Assembly (NCBI GenBank): GCA_965285935.1
Contig: OZ260667.1
Location: 11,470,001-11,534,000, forward strand
Source: Ophelia neglecta
Taxonomy: Eukaryota
DNA length: 64,000 nucleotides
Direction: 5' to 3'
The position numbers were made by a program, and so were the translations under genes. Shown piece by piece: positions 1 through 13,355 of this stretch; position 1 is the stretch's first letter; every line of letters begins with the position of its first letter. The notes under the pieces were generated by a model. That model made no database searches, had not been told where the DNA came from, and saw only the letters and a program-made list of their open reading frames with translations.

Positions 1-96
1 ATTATAACCTGACTGTACCCCTCTAGGTCTGTCTACCATTCTGATACATTATAACATGACTGTACCCCTCTAGATCTGTTTACCATTCTGATACAT
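1..96. repeat. 47-bp tandem repeat, 2 copies, probably truncated by the window edge
   Basis: ATTATAACMTGACTGTACCCCTCTAGRTCTGTYTACCATTCTGATAC at 1-47 and 48-94. Confidence 0.9.
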
Positions 97-3015
97 GTAC
101 CTGAGGCTGAGAATAGAAATTAATTCCTGTTCTTACATTAATTGAGCGTGGTATCTTAATCTTAATATTTTTATTAAAACGTTATTTATCAGGCTAACAA
201 ATATCAGTGGGCAGGGACAATTGTTTCTCAAGTTATTCGTGACATGCTGGAGAGTTGAGCTGTGTCTAGCACCGAGAGGAGTTAAAAAATTCATTCCTGG
301 ATTTTTCGACTGATTTCATTGGCAATGGAACCACTTTACTCGGCTATTTGTAAACTTCCCGTACGAAAACATACAATTGTCAGTATTGTAAGTGGTTTCT
401 GTGTTTGGGAGCTGATAGCGGCGAGGAGGGTCGCCCCTGGCTGATCTCAGGGGCGAGTTATCACGGCGAGTTATCCGGGAGTCTGTCGCGCAGACGGCGC
501 TGGAGCCGGACTATCTCTGATATCACTCCGCGCTGACACCGAACCACCTCCGCGGTCCTCTTACCTGTGATCTACCCTCTCCAACCTGACTTTATAACAC
601 CAAAGGTGCAAGGAGATAGTTAAAAGCTCCGCTTGCATAACGTCATCGTCTCGTTTAATACACCGGAGATAGTGGTCCGGGCGCCGGCTTCGTTTGAGGG
701 TCGGATCTAAACTGAAAACTGCGGCAGCCGCCGAAATGGCGAGGGAGCTGTTGGGGGGTGTAAAAGGGGGACGGCTGTCACTGTGAGGGTGCGAATTACT
801 ATCATCATTCCTCTACCAGGGAGAGCTTACGAAGAAATGAAAATGACAAATTAAAGGAAAAATTAATATCAAACGTGAATTACTATAAAGCACAGCATTA
901 TGTGCATAAATAAAGGGAAAACAGGTAGGAAAAAACAAATCAATATTGCAGCTTATAATTACGTGTTTACGCATACTTATAATGATGGGCTATAACGGGC
1001 CTATATGATCCTGATGGATTCAGGCCCCAGACCCCGTGACAGGAGCTAACCATCACATTCCCCAGGCCCGCTGGGTTCGAAACATATGCTGGCCCATCGG
1101 GTAAACTGGAGGGCGATCTAAAGGTCTCTGGCCGGCTTTGGTAGGTGATTTATCCACAGGTACTTGTCACTGAGTCCGCTGGGGGGGGGGGGGGGTAGCT
1201 GGGGCGAACTAAGTACCTCACCTGACCGCTAGATCTAATTATTCATCTGGGACAGTTCTTTATAACATCTTATTTCTATTTCTACCCCTGCTCTCTCTAG
1301 ACGCCTGAGCCAAGACTGGTTATTGGAGAACGCCCCTCTAACTCCGACCCCGAGTTCAACACTTCAAATACCGGGCGATATTGTCGATGTACGCGTACAT
1401 GTTAAGATAGTAAAATGCATAAGGTAGAAACAATCTATTTATAATAAGGATAAGGGCCGATAGAGGGAGGCGGTCTTGGTCCCCGGCCGGGTGTATAAGC
1501 CGGGGGTTTAAGCCGGTATAATACCGGCTTGTGTTCCTAAGACTTACACTGGCGACGCCGGCACTTCTACACTGATCACAGGGATTAGACATTATCTCGC
1601 TTTCAAGTGTTTGTCCTGTGTTCATCGCTTTACCTACGACTTAAACACCGGCTCGTCTCGGCGGGATCTGTGGCGGGACCCAAACAAAGTTTGACTGGGC
1701 TGAACCTGTGTGAAGGAACAGTGGTCAACATCAAGGGGAACGTAATTGTAGGGGAATATCAAATTGCCCCCAGTCACTCCGCCGCAGACAGATTAAGACG
1801 TAGAAGAGTCTAGACTTTTTCACCTTGTTCAATTAATTGATTGTCTCCTATAACAACCTTTAAAGGTATAATACCCCAGAGCAAGTTTAATAAACATCTT
1901 TTTGCCAGATTCCCCCTCCTACCCTAAGCGTTAACCTCACCGCCGCCCGCCCCACCATCACCCCCTCCCCTCCCCCCCCCCCCCACACTCCGCACCCTCA
2001 ACCCCACCACCCAACCTCATCCCCACCCTGCACCCGAGTCCTTGGACTTCAAAACGACTTAATTTCTTACATTCATACGAGTACCATGATCCATTCCGTA
2101 TATAGTCCGGTCGTACAATTAACCGATGATAGATATTGATGATGTAGTGCGAATAGCTGACTCCTAGACGTATGTCATTGTAAAGGTATCCGGGGTGGGG
2201 TGGAGGTGGGGGGGGGGGGGTCGGAGGGCTCGGGGAAGGCACACAACCCACGTTCTTCTACATGGTTTCTCCAAAAAGTCGCTCTTTAATGGGGCTTTCC
2301 GCAACTTTTAAGTAGATCTAAGATAATATCATCCAGTCACAATGTCTTTGGAATATCACATCGGTCAAATATCGGCCTTGTCACTCGTGAGCGTTTATAG
2401 AAGAAGGCACGGGAAGGGTGTCTGCTCCCAGAGGGGGGGGGGGGGAATGGGGTGAGGGTGGAGGCATCCATAAGGACTATGGGATGAAGCACACCACCCC
2501 AGTGAGCCTCCCGTTCGAAAAATCCTCGACCGGCCGGTGATAATTCTGCAGTAAATTTGAACAAAATGATACAAATCTTTTGCATTTTTCAATCTTCTAT
2601 TTATGATGAAACCGATGGTTTTTACGACAACGTGTTTGTCGGAGACATTTACGACATGTAGACGGTCGTAGATGTCTACCATAAAGTGGTAAATACAAAT
2701 AATGAATGCGTTCGAACGGTGATTACGGCAGGCAAAATGTGGGAGAAAAACACCACTAAACTGGCAGTGATAGCAACAAATATGTCAGCAAGGGTTTAAA
2801 TCGTCTTCTCCAGAAGCCTTCGGTGTTTGTATTATGTCTTATCTACAAAATGTATCACTTTTATGTGTTGGAACTCCCGTTTAGATGTAAATAAACCCTG
2901 TACATCAAAACGGCGTTCCCTGACTCACTTGAAACGGAGGCATGAAATTGTTGTTTTTCTATCAATTAGGCGCGCTGCGCGAGGCTAATGACAGATAACT
3001 TTGTGATATTTCCTC

Positions 3016-3320
3016 CCGCTGAGAGGTGGAAGGCGGCCGGGAGGGGGTGTCTGTCCGCTGAGAGGTGGAGGCTGGACCGAGGAAGGAGTTGGCCGTCTGT
3101 TCGGGGGTGTAGGGCGGCCGGGAAGGGGTGCCTGTCCGCTGAGAGGTGGAGGCTGGACCGAGGAAGGAGTAGGCCGTCTGCTCGGAGGTGAAGGTCGGCC
3201 GGGAGGGGGTGTCTGTCCGCTGAGAGATGGAAGGAGGCCGGGTGGACAGGTGGACCAGGGAAGGGGGTATCTGCCGGCTTGGAGTCGGACTGAGGGCGGG
3301 GAAGGCACATCTGTCCGCTA
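3016..3320. repeat. G-rich minisatellite, ~40-bp monomer with an 81-bp dimer
   Basis: Recurrent TGTCCGCTGAGAGGTGGA and CGGCCGGGAGGGGGTG; near-exact 81-bp duplication. Confidence 0.85.
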
Positions 3321-4500
3321 TGTGGAGTGTTGTATCCAATGTTAGGTGGTTAGTTTCGGCCGAGTGGGGGGCGGGGAGCCCGGCGGGGTCTGGGGAGGGG
3401 GTAGTGGCTGTGTTTAAGATGTCTGGATGACGGAGGGGGTGAAGGTGGGATCTCGATTCCTGGTAGCCGACTTGAGGGTATAGGTATTGCTGCCCTGCTA
3501 CATCCCAGCTGCCCTGCTGGTAGGCAGGGCCGTGCGATGCCGGACAGCAGGCAGGACAGTAATGTTAGGGGGAGGAAGGGGGGGGGGGGGTAAAGATCAC
3601 ATGCACAGATACACAGATAACACATCTCAAGTTTCTAGGTAACCTCAAGTGGCGGTTAAGTTTACAAAATATCAAAGGCTAAGCCAATTGAGGCCTTAAG
3701 CTGGTTGCCGGCTTGTAGGAGCGGTGTAAGCTGGTTGCCGGTTTGTTGGTGTGGTCGTGGTAGGGGTCTCCGTGAGCCCTCTTCAGAAGCCATACCAGGA
3801 AGAATCACTGAGAGGTAAACTGGATAGGACGGTCAAGTGTGGAGTTACATAACCACACCATGGGGCTTGAGGATGTAAAGATAAGGTACGGGGAGATCAC
3901 AAAGAGTAATATTATAACTTTCAGATTTGACTACAGATTGTTGTAGGGAGGCTATGTGTTATATTAGTAACACCCTTATAGCACACACATATATTCGGAC
4001 GCCAGCGAGAGGTGGTATCTGAGGGGGACAGCATGTGACTACGTGACGAGAGGTCCGCTGTCCCATCACTCTAGTTACATGTATATGCATTAAAGTGTTC
4101 AGAAGTCTACCAATACGCTGGCTTCCTGGCTCATCCACGTCTTGTAATAGTCCCGTTACCATAGTTCCTTATCACACCACGATCTCTTTTTACCCCTTCT
4201 AAGACCCTTAGAATCCCTACGCGCGCGCCCTTGTAACTCCCTGTGACACTCTCAGCATCCATATAGACAAACAAATAATTATATTTAAACTTTAACCGTC
4301 ATTGTCTTTATGAATCGGCCAAGAGAACGTCCCATGTCTGTGACCCCCCCCCCCCCCTTCCTCCTCCTCCTCCCCTCGGCTCCCTTTGATCCCCTCCATT
4401 TCCATTGATCCCCCAGGGGGTGTCACAGGTTTCTCACACTTCCCCCTCCCCTAGACGACCCCAAGAGTGCCCCTTGGCTGCCCTAGTTCCCCATTCACTC

Positions 4501-4711
4501 GAGTGTCCCGTGTCGCTCACACCTCGTCCTTCACCGATCCCAGTCAGCCGTGTCGGGGAGCCTCCCTAGTCCGTCTCCCCTCCCCTTCCCTTGCCCCCAT
4601 CCCTCGCCCCAGCTAGCAGTATCTCCGGAGTGTCCCGTGTAGCTCACACCTCGTCCTCCACCGATCCCCGGCCAGTCGTATCAACGAGTGTCCCATGTCG
4701 CTGACACCTCA
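4501..4711. repeat. Local direct repeat (~41 bp), 2 full copies and 1 partial copy
   Basis: GAGTGTCCCGTGT.GCTCACACCTCGTCCT.CACCGATCCC at 4501 and 4628, partial copy at 4686. Confidence 0.8.
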
Positions 4712-4899
4712 GCCCTCCGTCAGCCGTATCACGGCGCCGATCTGAGCACCCGGGGCGTGTTTGTGCTGCCTATCGCCCCCGCCATCTCCGAGCTGTTTGG
4801 CCGCCGTAATGTTTGTTTGTTCGCCGAGATTTTCTGGTATCGTCTTTCGACCTCGGCGTCCCTCATCTGAACAGAGGATCAACAAACACCGAATGGACG

Positions 4900-5720
4900 C
4901 CTGCTGGACCGCCGAAGGACGGCCACCGGACTGCTGGGGGCACCCACCGGGTGGCCGAGTCGGGGGATAGAGGTGGCTGGGGCATTACCCTGGGGCTAGG
5001 GTAAAAGGAGGGCCACCGGACTGCTGGGGCTAGGGCAAGAGGAAGGCCACCGGACTGCTGGGGGCTAAGGGCAAGAGGAAGGCCACCGGACTGCTGGGGC
5101 TGGGGGAAAGAGGAGGGCCACCGGACTGCTGGGGGCTGGGGCATGTACCGGATGGCCGAGTCGGGGGATAGAGGGGGCTGGGGCATTACCCTGGGGCTAG
5201 GGCAAGAGGAGGGCCAACGGACTACTGGGGGTTGGCTTTTACCTGGGGCTAGGGGCAAGACGAGGGGCCACCGGACGTTTTTGGAGCTGGGGCATGCACC
5301 GAAATGCTGGGGGCGGGGGGAAAGTGGTGGGCCACCGGACTGCTTGGGGTAAGAGGTGGGCCACCGAACTGCTGTGGCCGGAGCTTTTACCTGCATTGGG
5401 GTAGGGTAAGGACGAGGGGCCACCGGACGGCTGGGGGCTTAGGCATTAACATGGCGGTAGGGGCAAAAAGAGGGCCAACGAATGGGTAGGGGCTGGGACA
5501 TTAACCTGGTGGTAGGTGCGAGAAGAGGGCCAACGGACAGCTTTCGGCTGTGTCCACCAGGCGGAGTCCAGGAACAAAGGGGGCTGGGGCTCGGGTTGAT
5601 AACCCGGGGCTAGGGGCAGGAGTACGGCATCCGGACGGTTAGGGCCTACGATACTGGACGGAATCAAGGGATGAACGGGCGGGGGCTCGTAGCAAGAGGA
5701 CGGCCACCAGACCGCTGGGT
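4900..5720. repeat. Degenerate G-rich tandem repeat
   Basis: Many copies of GAGGGCCACCGGACTGCTGGGG(CTAGGG); a longer block duplicated at ~4950-5000 and ~5150-5200. Confidence 0.8.
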
Positions 5721-6107
5721 CAGCGATACCGGACGGAACTAGGAGACGGGGTCAGGGGTCAAAGACAGCTTCAAGACGAATTAACCATAGCTATACCTGA
5801 CGACATACCGGCGCCTTAAAGCTAGGGGTAAGATGTAATAGAACCGATCAGTCGCAGTTCTCTACTGGGAGTCGAAGGGCGATTAGCGCTGATGGGAGGT
5901 TAAGACACATTAAGAAGCACTCCGTTGGGCTGGTTGCAGGTAGGGACACGGCGTACGATGGGCAGGGCCAGACACTTAGACGATGACTCCAGAATGGATA
6001 GATTGTGACTTCCGACACAATTATGACAGGGACAGATGGAAAACACCGCGGTATGAGTTTATCTTACAGGTGTGACCCTTGTCGACAGAAAACCAATCAA
6101 GTCAGAC

Positions 6108-6380
6108 NNNNNNNNNNNNNNNNNNNNNNNNNNNNNNNNNNNNNNNNNNNNNNNNNNNNNNNNNNNNNNNNNNNNNNNNNNNNNNNNNNNNNNNNNNNNN
6201 NNNNNNNNNNNNNNNNNNNNNNNNNNNNNNNNNNNNNNNNNNNNNNNNNNNNNNNNNNNNNNNNNNNNNNNNNNNNNNNNNNNNNNNNNNNNNNNNNNNN
6301 NNNNNNNNNNNNNNNNNNNNNNNNNNNNNNNNNNNNNNNNNNNNNNNNNNNNNNNNNNNNNNNNNNNNNNNNNNNNNNNN
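6108..6380. other. Assembly gap (273 N)
   Basis: Run of N. Confidence 1.
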
Positions 6381-6764
6381 CCAGAGGCCAGAGAGCGGCC
6401 AGTGGTTGGTGTCCGGGTATGAAGTAGCAGACCTAGCCGAGTGTTTTGGTGCGTACGTGTATCAGCCAGTGTCCGGGTATCGTATCGTACACCCTGTATC
6501 GCCCTGTCAGGTACCAGCACGGCCAAGACAGGCGAGGAACGGCCTGGCCCTATCAATCTGCCGACCCCGGCCAAAGTGCCGCGAAGAGTTCGGTATCGTA
6601 TCTCACGACTTGGACCTGAGGGGCTGCGGAGAGGTTGGATCGAGTGAGGAACAGCGGCGAGATATGTTGTTATGTAGTTTACGGTCATACGGTCTCCAAA
6701 ACAATGATTTCTGGCTCTTTCTGCTTGAAAATTTCGGTCTCTCCGGCCGCGGTCCGTCCTCTCA

Positions 6765-7120
6765 CCTTCACCCCCACCCCCCCACGCCTCAGTCTCATCT
6801 CCGCTCTGCCCCTCATACCCCCGCTTCCCTATGCCCCTCATCCCTCACCGCCTCCTCTTGTTCCCTCGCCCCGCCTCCACTAATTTCCCGTCTCCCCTGG
6901 TCTGCTCAGCCCCCCCTATACCCGACCCCTCATCTCTCCCACTCATCTCCGCTCACCCCTCATTCCCCCCCCCCCTCCCTTTGCTCCTCATCTCCTATCT
7001 CCCTATCATCTCCTCTCGCCCCTGTCCCTCTAGCTTCCCTCTCCCCCTTCATCGCCCTTCTACCCCCCCCCCCTCCTCCCGTCCCGCTCACCTCCCTTTC
7101 CCCCTCATCTCTCCCCACTT
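6765..7120. repeat. Pyrimidine (C/T)-rich low-complexity tract
   Basis: Almost only C/T on the + strand. Confidence 0.8.
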
Positions 7121-7836
7121 CGAGATGCCCGCCACGATGTCCCGGCCGTATCTCCAGGTTCCATACCCGCCGTTTTATTCACATCTTGACGCTTGACTTG
7201 TCGCTCTCTTGGCGAGATTTGCCGAGATTTGTCGGAAACCAGCAAAGGCCTCTTACTAGGGTTGCTTGTCATGTTTATCTGTTACACAGCCGTGCCAGCG
7301 CCGGGGTCGGGGAGACGCCAGGCTGAGCCTACCCTATCTGGCTATCACCCTCCCCGCTAAGTCAGGGAGCTTCACAGCGAAGTCCGCCGGCTCCACGGCA
7401 CAAGGGACCCCCTGCAGAGATAGCCCGAGGAGGGAGAGCCTCACAGATAGAACAGAGTCGCCAGAAACGTAAAATTTCACTTTTACTAAAGAACTCCATT
7501 TCGGCATTGGCCCAGATGACTGGCGTCCCTTTGTGGAGCCCAGACGGCAATTCTTACAGGAACACAGATAAAAGGTTTGGGAGTGCGTTGAGCAGTCAAG
7601 GTGATGGATCACAGCTCGCGTATCTAGGCCTAGCCCCCTCCATCTACGGCTGGAAAACCAGGGCCGATTACTTCAAGTTCAAAAGTCGCACTGGGATTGA
7701 ACACAATGATAAAGATGACGAGCCCATATTTACCTGTCACAAACGTTTTTGACGGGGAGGGAGCGACCCACCATTCCCCTAGGCTTGGAAAGGAATTTGG
7801 GGCTGTTCTCCTTTGGGTCTATACTGACAACCATGG

Positions 7837-9081
7837 CAAGCCGCCATCCCTCACCCCAGTCCAAAGCCGCCATCCCACCCCAGTCCAAAGCCGCCCTCCC
7901 AACCCAGTCCAGAGCCGTCATCCTCACTCCCAAGCCGCCATCCCACACCCCAGTCCCAAGCCGCCATCCCACCCCAGTCCCAAGCCGCCATCCCAACCCA
8001 CTCCCAAGCCGCCATCCCACACCACAGTCCCAAGCCGCCATCTCATCCCACCCCAGTCCCAAGCCGCCATCCCACCCCAGTCCCAAGCCTCCATCCCACA
8101 CCCCAGTCCCAAGCCGCCATCCCACTCCAGTCCCAAGCCGCCATCCCACCCCAGTCCGAAGCCGCCATTCCACCCCAGTCCCAATCCTCCATCTCACCCC
8201 AGTCCCAAGCCGCCATCGCACCCCAGTCCCAAGCCGCCATCCCACCCCAGTCCCAAGCCTCCATCCCACACCCCAGTCCCAAGCCGCCATCCCACTCCAG
8301 TCCCAAGCCGCCATCCCACCCCAGTCCCAAGCCGCCATTCCACCCCAGTCCCAAGCCGCCATCCCAACCCACTCCCAAGCCGCCATCCCACACCACAGTC
8401 CCAAGCCGCCATCTCATCCCACCCAAGTCCCAAGCCGCCATCCCACCCCAGTCCCAAGCCGCCTTCCAACACCTGTCCCAAACCGCCATCGCACCCCAGT
8501 CCAAAGCCGCCCTCCCACCCCAGTCCCAAGCCGCCATCCCACCCCAGTCCCCATCCTCCATCTCATCCCAGTCCCAAGCCGCCATCCCACCCCAGTCCCA
8601 AGCCGCCATCCCACCCCAGTCCCAAGCCGCCATCCCAACCCAGTCCCAAGCCGCCATCCCACCCCAGTCCCAATCCTCCATCCCACCCCAGTCCCAAGCC
8701 GCCATCCCGTACCCCAGTCCCAAGCCGCCATCCCACCACACCCCAGTCCCAAGCCTCCACCCCACCCGCCATCCCCAGTCCCAAGCCTCCACCCCACGCA
8801 AGTCCCAAGGCCCCATCCCACGCCAGTCCCAAGGCCCCATCCCACCCGCCATCCCCAGTCCCAAGCCCCCATCCCACCACACCGCAGTCCCAAGCCGCCG
8901 TCCCACCCCAGTCCCAAGCCTCCAACCCACCCCAGTCCCAAGCCCCCATCCCACCCGAGTCCCAAGCCCCCATCCCACCACACCCCAGTCCCAAGCCGCC
9001 GTCCCACCCCAGTCCCAAGCCTCCAACCCACCCCAGTCCCAAGCCGCCATCCCACCCGAGTCCCAAGCCCCAATCCCAACC
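7837..9081. repeat. C-rich minisatellite, 25-bp unit with 27/30-bp variants, ~48 copies, internal block duplications
   Basis: Unit CCCAGTCCCAAGCCGCCATCCCACC; multi-unit blocks recur ~180 and ~370 bp apart. Confidence 0.97.
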
Positions 9082-10097
9082 ATTGCCAGCCGTATGATTG
9101 AGACTTTACCACTGACAGTTGTTGGCTGTGGTTGGGTTACCCTCCGAGAAGTCAAGTCGAGTTGTAAGTCTCAGCGGAGCAGCTAGGAGATGTAATTTTG
9201 AGTGGTGAGAGAGTTGTTTGACAGACTCGAGCAGATAGCGGTGCCAAGCCAAACATTGCAGCGATACAGTATAGTTTGGCTGGTCCGCGCGGGGATCTGG
9301 CAGACAAGGGGATCTGCCTGCTGTTCGCCTGGCGAGTGATAGGGTGCTACTCAACCCGCCGAGTCTTCCCGCCCGGCCCACCTCCTAACACCGCCCGGGA
9401 GACCCACACCATAACTCTACACCAAACAAAAACACAGCCTGCTACTTTACGGCTCAACTTACACAAAAATCTCACCATAATTACGCCATATCAGCTGGCA
9501 AGGAGCAGCGAGATACGAGCGTAAACAAGGATCTCTGAGGCCGGGCGCTATCGGAGACTATCTGGGAGGAGATGACGCCAGGGACGGGAGGTAGAGCATA
9601 AACCCGGAGTGTTTGTGGGGGAAACCTCGCACCAATTGTCCGTATCAATTCCCCAGCCGGCTGAAGGTTAACTAAACCCGGCGGGCATTCTTCTTCTCCT
9701 CCCCGGGTCGTCGGAGAGCTCTGAAGAGGGGGAGGCGGGTCATATCATAACCTCTCGGCGGATAATCAGCTAAAATAAGCTAAAATAAGCATCCGCCGCT
9801 CACAATATGATCCGATTCTCACACACTAACCAACCAAAGCAAAACAGGGCTTGAAATATCACACAGCGTCAACTTAATGTTCCTCGTCTTGTCTTCCCGC
9901 GCACTTAAACTGGCGCTGTCGGCTTAAAAATACTCAACCCCGAGACACAACTAACTGTCAAATATCGAGACGATGAATGTGGAAAGAACAGAGAGCGTCA
10001 TAGTAGCGTGCCGATGTAGAGCCACGCCATTCAAGAGGCTAGGAACTCTAGTCATGAACTATGTATCAGAAATATGCTAGCGACCCACAGGTCACCG

Positions 10098-10180
10098 AAT
10101 CTCAACTACCACGAGAAAATACGTTAATCTCTACTACAACGAGAAAACACGTTAATCTCATCTGCCACGAGAAACACGTT
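10098..10180. repeat. 28-bp tandem repeat, 3 copies
   Basis: AATCTC.ACTAC.ACGAGAAAA.ACGTT. Confidence 0.8.
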
Positions 10181-12242
10181 TCCGTTTGCTGTTGTGACTG
10201 AAATATGAATTGCTTAAGACTTTATTCTTTTAAGTAACAATTAATCAAGGATCCAGAATCTCAAACAAGACATTACACGTTCACTGTTTTCAGGGTTTGT
10301 TGTGAAGGTTTCTACCTACTGAAGATCCCATTCCTGTGTCGTGCTAGCCAAAGGTATAGACAGGTAGCTAGGCCCCCCCTGTAGACAAAAAGAAACGTCC
10401 AACTTAACCGATTGTAGGCATATGTGTGCACGGAATAGTTAAGTACATAGCGGCAACTAAGAAGTGTTCGTTTTAAAATAAATTTCTTTTATTCGTGTTA
10501 GATTGATTCGCTACTACACTGCTGGTTAGGTGAAATACTTCAGATAACACGATGGCGGCTTCTTGGAGGGGTTCTCCTGTGGGCCTATACTGACAGCCAA
10601 GGTCCCGTTGTGGCCGCCTAACCAAGGCTCCGTCGATTCTTGGTCTCCCCCCCCCCCCCCCCGACCTGTCCCTCTAACCCCATAAACACAAACACATCGC
10701 TCGAGATCGATGATCGGGTGTTTGTGTATTGTCCAAGCACTCTTGTGTCACCAAATCATTCCTGTGAAAACAAGCCTGTTAGCCGTAAACCTATACTTAC
10801 TGCCGCTAAATCCTCATTCACTCATATTTAAGTCACACAATCCCCAATTCAATATTGTCGTTTGTAATACGGCAAAATCGATGTCATTTTTGCTGCATTG
10901 AGCCAACCACCTGCTAAGTCAGCGTAAGTCCATTGTGGACTTGTTTGTCTCGGAGCGGTGGTGTCTCCCGTGGATGATGTTGATGGTAGGGATTGGGGCT
11001 GGGGTATTGTGGAGGTGTCGCCCGTCTTAAGCCGTGTACAGGGTAGTCCGGTGTTCGTTGGCGCAGTCGATACCGGACAAAGACCGGCTCAGTGATGTTT
11101 GGCCAGGCTGGCGACAACTCGCCCCGGACACATGGTCAGCGGGGGACGAGTTCGCACCGCGACGACCGGAGGAGAATGGAGCAAGTCGCGTGGAAGAAGG
11201 ACCTTAAGTCAACATCGGCTTAGCGTCATTAATAAAGGTATGGCCTCGAGATCTCTGGGTGTGAAGGGAGACGAGGTGTCGACAGGTATCAGGGTGTTAA
11301 AACAATAAGGGAGGAGAGGGGGGGGGGTAAATTATGGCGTGCAGCGAAAACACGGAGACTGGTTCAGTTAGCTGGATTCACCGAGCAATAGGTTATGGTC
11401 GGGTATTCGAATTCCAATTCTAAAGAAAAATGCCTTCTTAGGAGAAATAGGATATTTATAAATTAAAAATTTGTCCAGAGCAGGTTGGAAATGATTTAAA
11501 TATTATTTGCCCCCCCCCCCCTCCCACCCAAACACACACCAACCACCTCCCCCCTTTTAACAAGTTAAACAAATGTAATTAGAGTTTCCGCCTAAGCTCA
11601 TTGGTACAATGTAATTTCTGTTTGTCGTCTGCGGTATTTAAGCTTCGAGACTCTCCAGTCAATTATGAGGAAAGCTTATACGCCATTCACGGTGACCACA
11701 GGTATTTATTAAACACATTCTCAGTATCGACGAAAGCTCAATGCTGCGAAACCATTCAAAGTTTATTAACTGAAACCTGGGTTTTTAGTAGATCCGAGTG
11801 CTGTAGTAGATGTTGTCGGTGGCACAGAACTTGCCAGTGGTGGCAGAACGAGGTGGCGGAACGAGGTGGCGGAGAGCGAGGGCTGAGTGGGTTGTCCCTC
11901 AAAGTTATCACCGCCCCCGGTTACACTTATGGGAGCTAGGAGCAACTTTACAGCTACGAGCATTCCCCATGTACAAACTTTGGGGAGGAACTGGAAATAA
12001 AATGAGCTTAGCATCTTAACACGGGAAATATCATGAATTGGCGAGAGAGCAAAAAAAGTTCACACTTTTTTGCCGTGGCTATGGCAACTTATTATATTCA
12101 GATTTTCGTCACAAGTTAATCAGTTGATGTTGAACCAAATTTTCTAGGCCTATATACTTTACCTGTGAAATATGATATTTTTTTTCGAAAAAAAGGCTGT
12201 GGGGCAATGAGCGGAACTAAGCTTTTTCCCGAGAAAACACAT

Positions 12243-12351
12243 CGGGGCGGACTTAGGAGGAGGATGAGGATGGGCGGCATGGCCCCTGGTAAGGATTGTA
12301 CAGGGCAGCCCCCCCCCCCCCCCCTCCCATCCTCCTCAGCGCCACGGCCTA
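12243..12351. mobile_element. Possible decayed small MITE (hAT-like)
   Basis: Starts GGGGCGGACTTAGG; inverted matches GAGGAGGATG/CATCCTCCTC and GAGGATGGGCGG/CCTCCCATCCTC; no clear TSD. Confidence 0.25.
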
Positions 12352-12900
12352 GCCAAGTCTCGTTCATACCTCCCCGTATCTCGTAACAAGAAGGCTTCAG
12401 GAAATCAGGCGGTAATGAGTTGGGTGATAACCGTATCACTCCGCCCGTCGGTTCTTCCGCTCCTCCGCCTGTTTTGCCGTGAACTGTGATATGTACGATA
12501 CCTGGCGTTAACGCCGCTGGGCGATATTAGAGGTCGAGTTACGGCTCCATTCGGCTGTGTAATATGTTTAGGTGATTAACACGGTGTGAGGTGGACTATC
12601 TAACGGCTAACATCCGCTCCGACCATCTCACTCCGACATCGAGACCCCGACACCCAACACGGCCACGGGCGATTTACACCACACAAATTAATTAACTTGG
12701 TGACTCTGGTGACGATGGCGAGCGGTTATCTGTTACTAATAGATCTGGCTGCCCTCGGGCCGGGATTCACAGGTGGGCAGCGGAATACACCGGGTGATGA
12801 TCTGTACGGGACAGGAGAGCGAGGGGCGACCAGGTGCTATGTACGGGACAGGAGAAGCACTAGAAGGCCCGTATCTCACAGGATAGGGCGACTCAGACGG

Positions 12901-13355
12901 AGGGAGATGATTGGGCGGCTTAGAGAGAGACAGAAAGACAGACACAGAGAGACAGAGACAGAGATGAGACAGAGACAGGGACATAGAGAGACAGAGAAGA
13001 GACACAGAGAGACACAGAGAGACAGAGAAGAGACAGAGAAGAGACAGAGAAGAGACACAGAGAGATACAGAGAGACAGACACAGAGGGACATAGAGAGAC
13101 AAAGAGACAGAGAAGAGACAAAGAAGAGACCAAGAGAGACAGAGAAGAGACAGAGAGAGAGACAGACAGACAGACAGAGACAGAGACATAGAGAGACAGA
13201 TACATAGAGAGACAAAGAAGAGAAAAAGAAGAGACAGAGAAGAGACAGAAAGACACAGAGAGACAGAGAGACATAGAGGGACAAAGAGACAGAGAAGAGA
13301 CAAAGAAGAGACCGAGAGAGACAGAGACAGAGATGGAGAGACATGGACAGAGATA
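12901..13355. repeat. Compound (GAGACA/GA)n microsatellite
   Basis: Purine-rich AGAGAC/ACAGAG repeats. Confidence 0.95.

Noticed and set aside
6005-7326. ORFs spanning the N gap
   Set aside because: Open only because of N codons and a C-rich tract
7697-9155. Extensin-like Pro-rich and Gly/Trp-rich ORFs of 370-466 aa
   Set aside because: They coincide with a 25-bp minisatellite (not a multiple of 3) that is open in many frames on both strands
11580-11952. Possible MITE with loose inverted ends
   Set aside because: Terminal match needs several gaps and no TSD is visible
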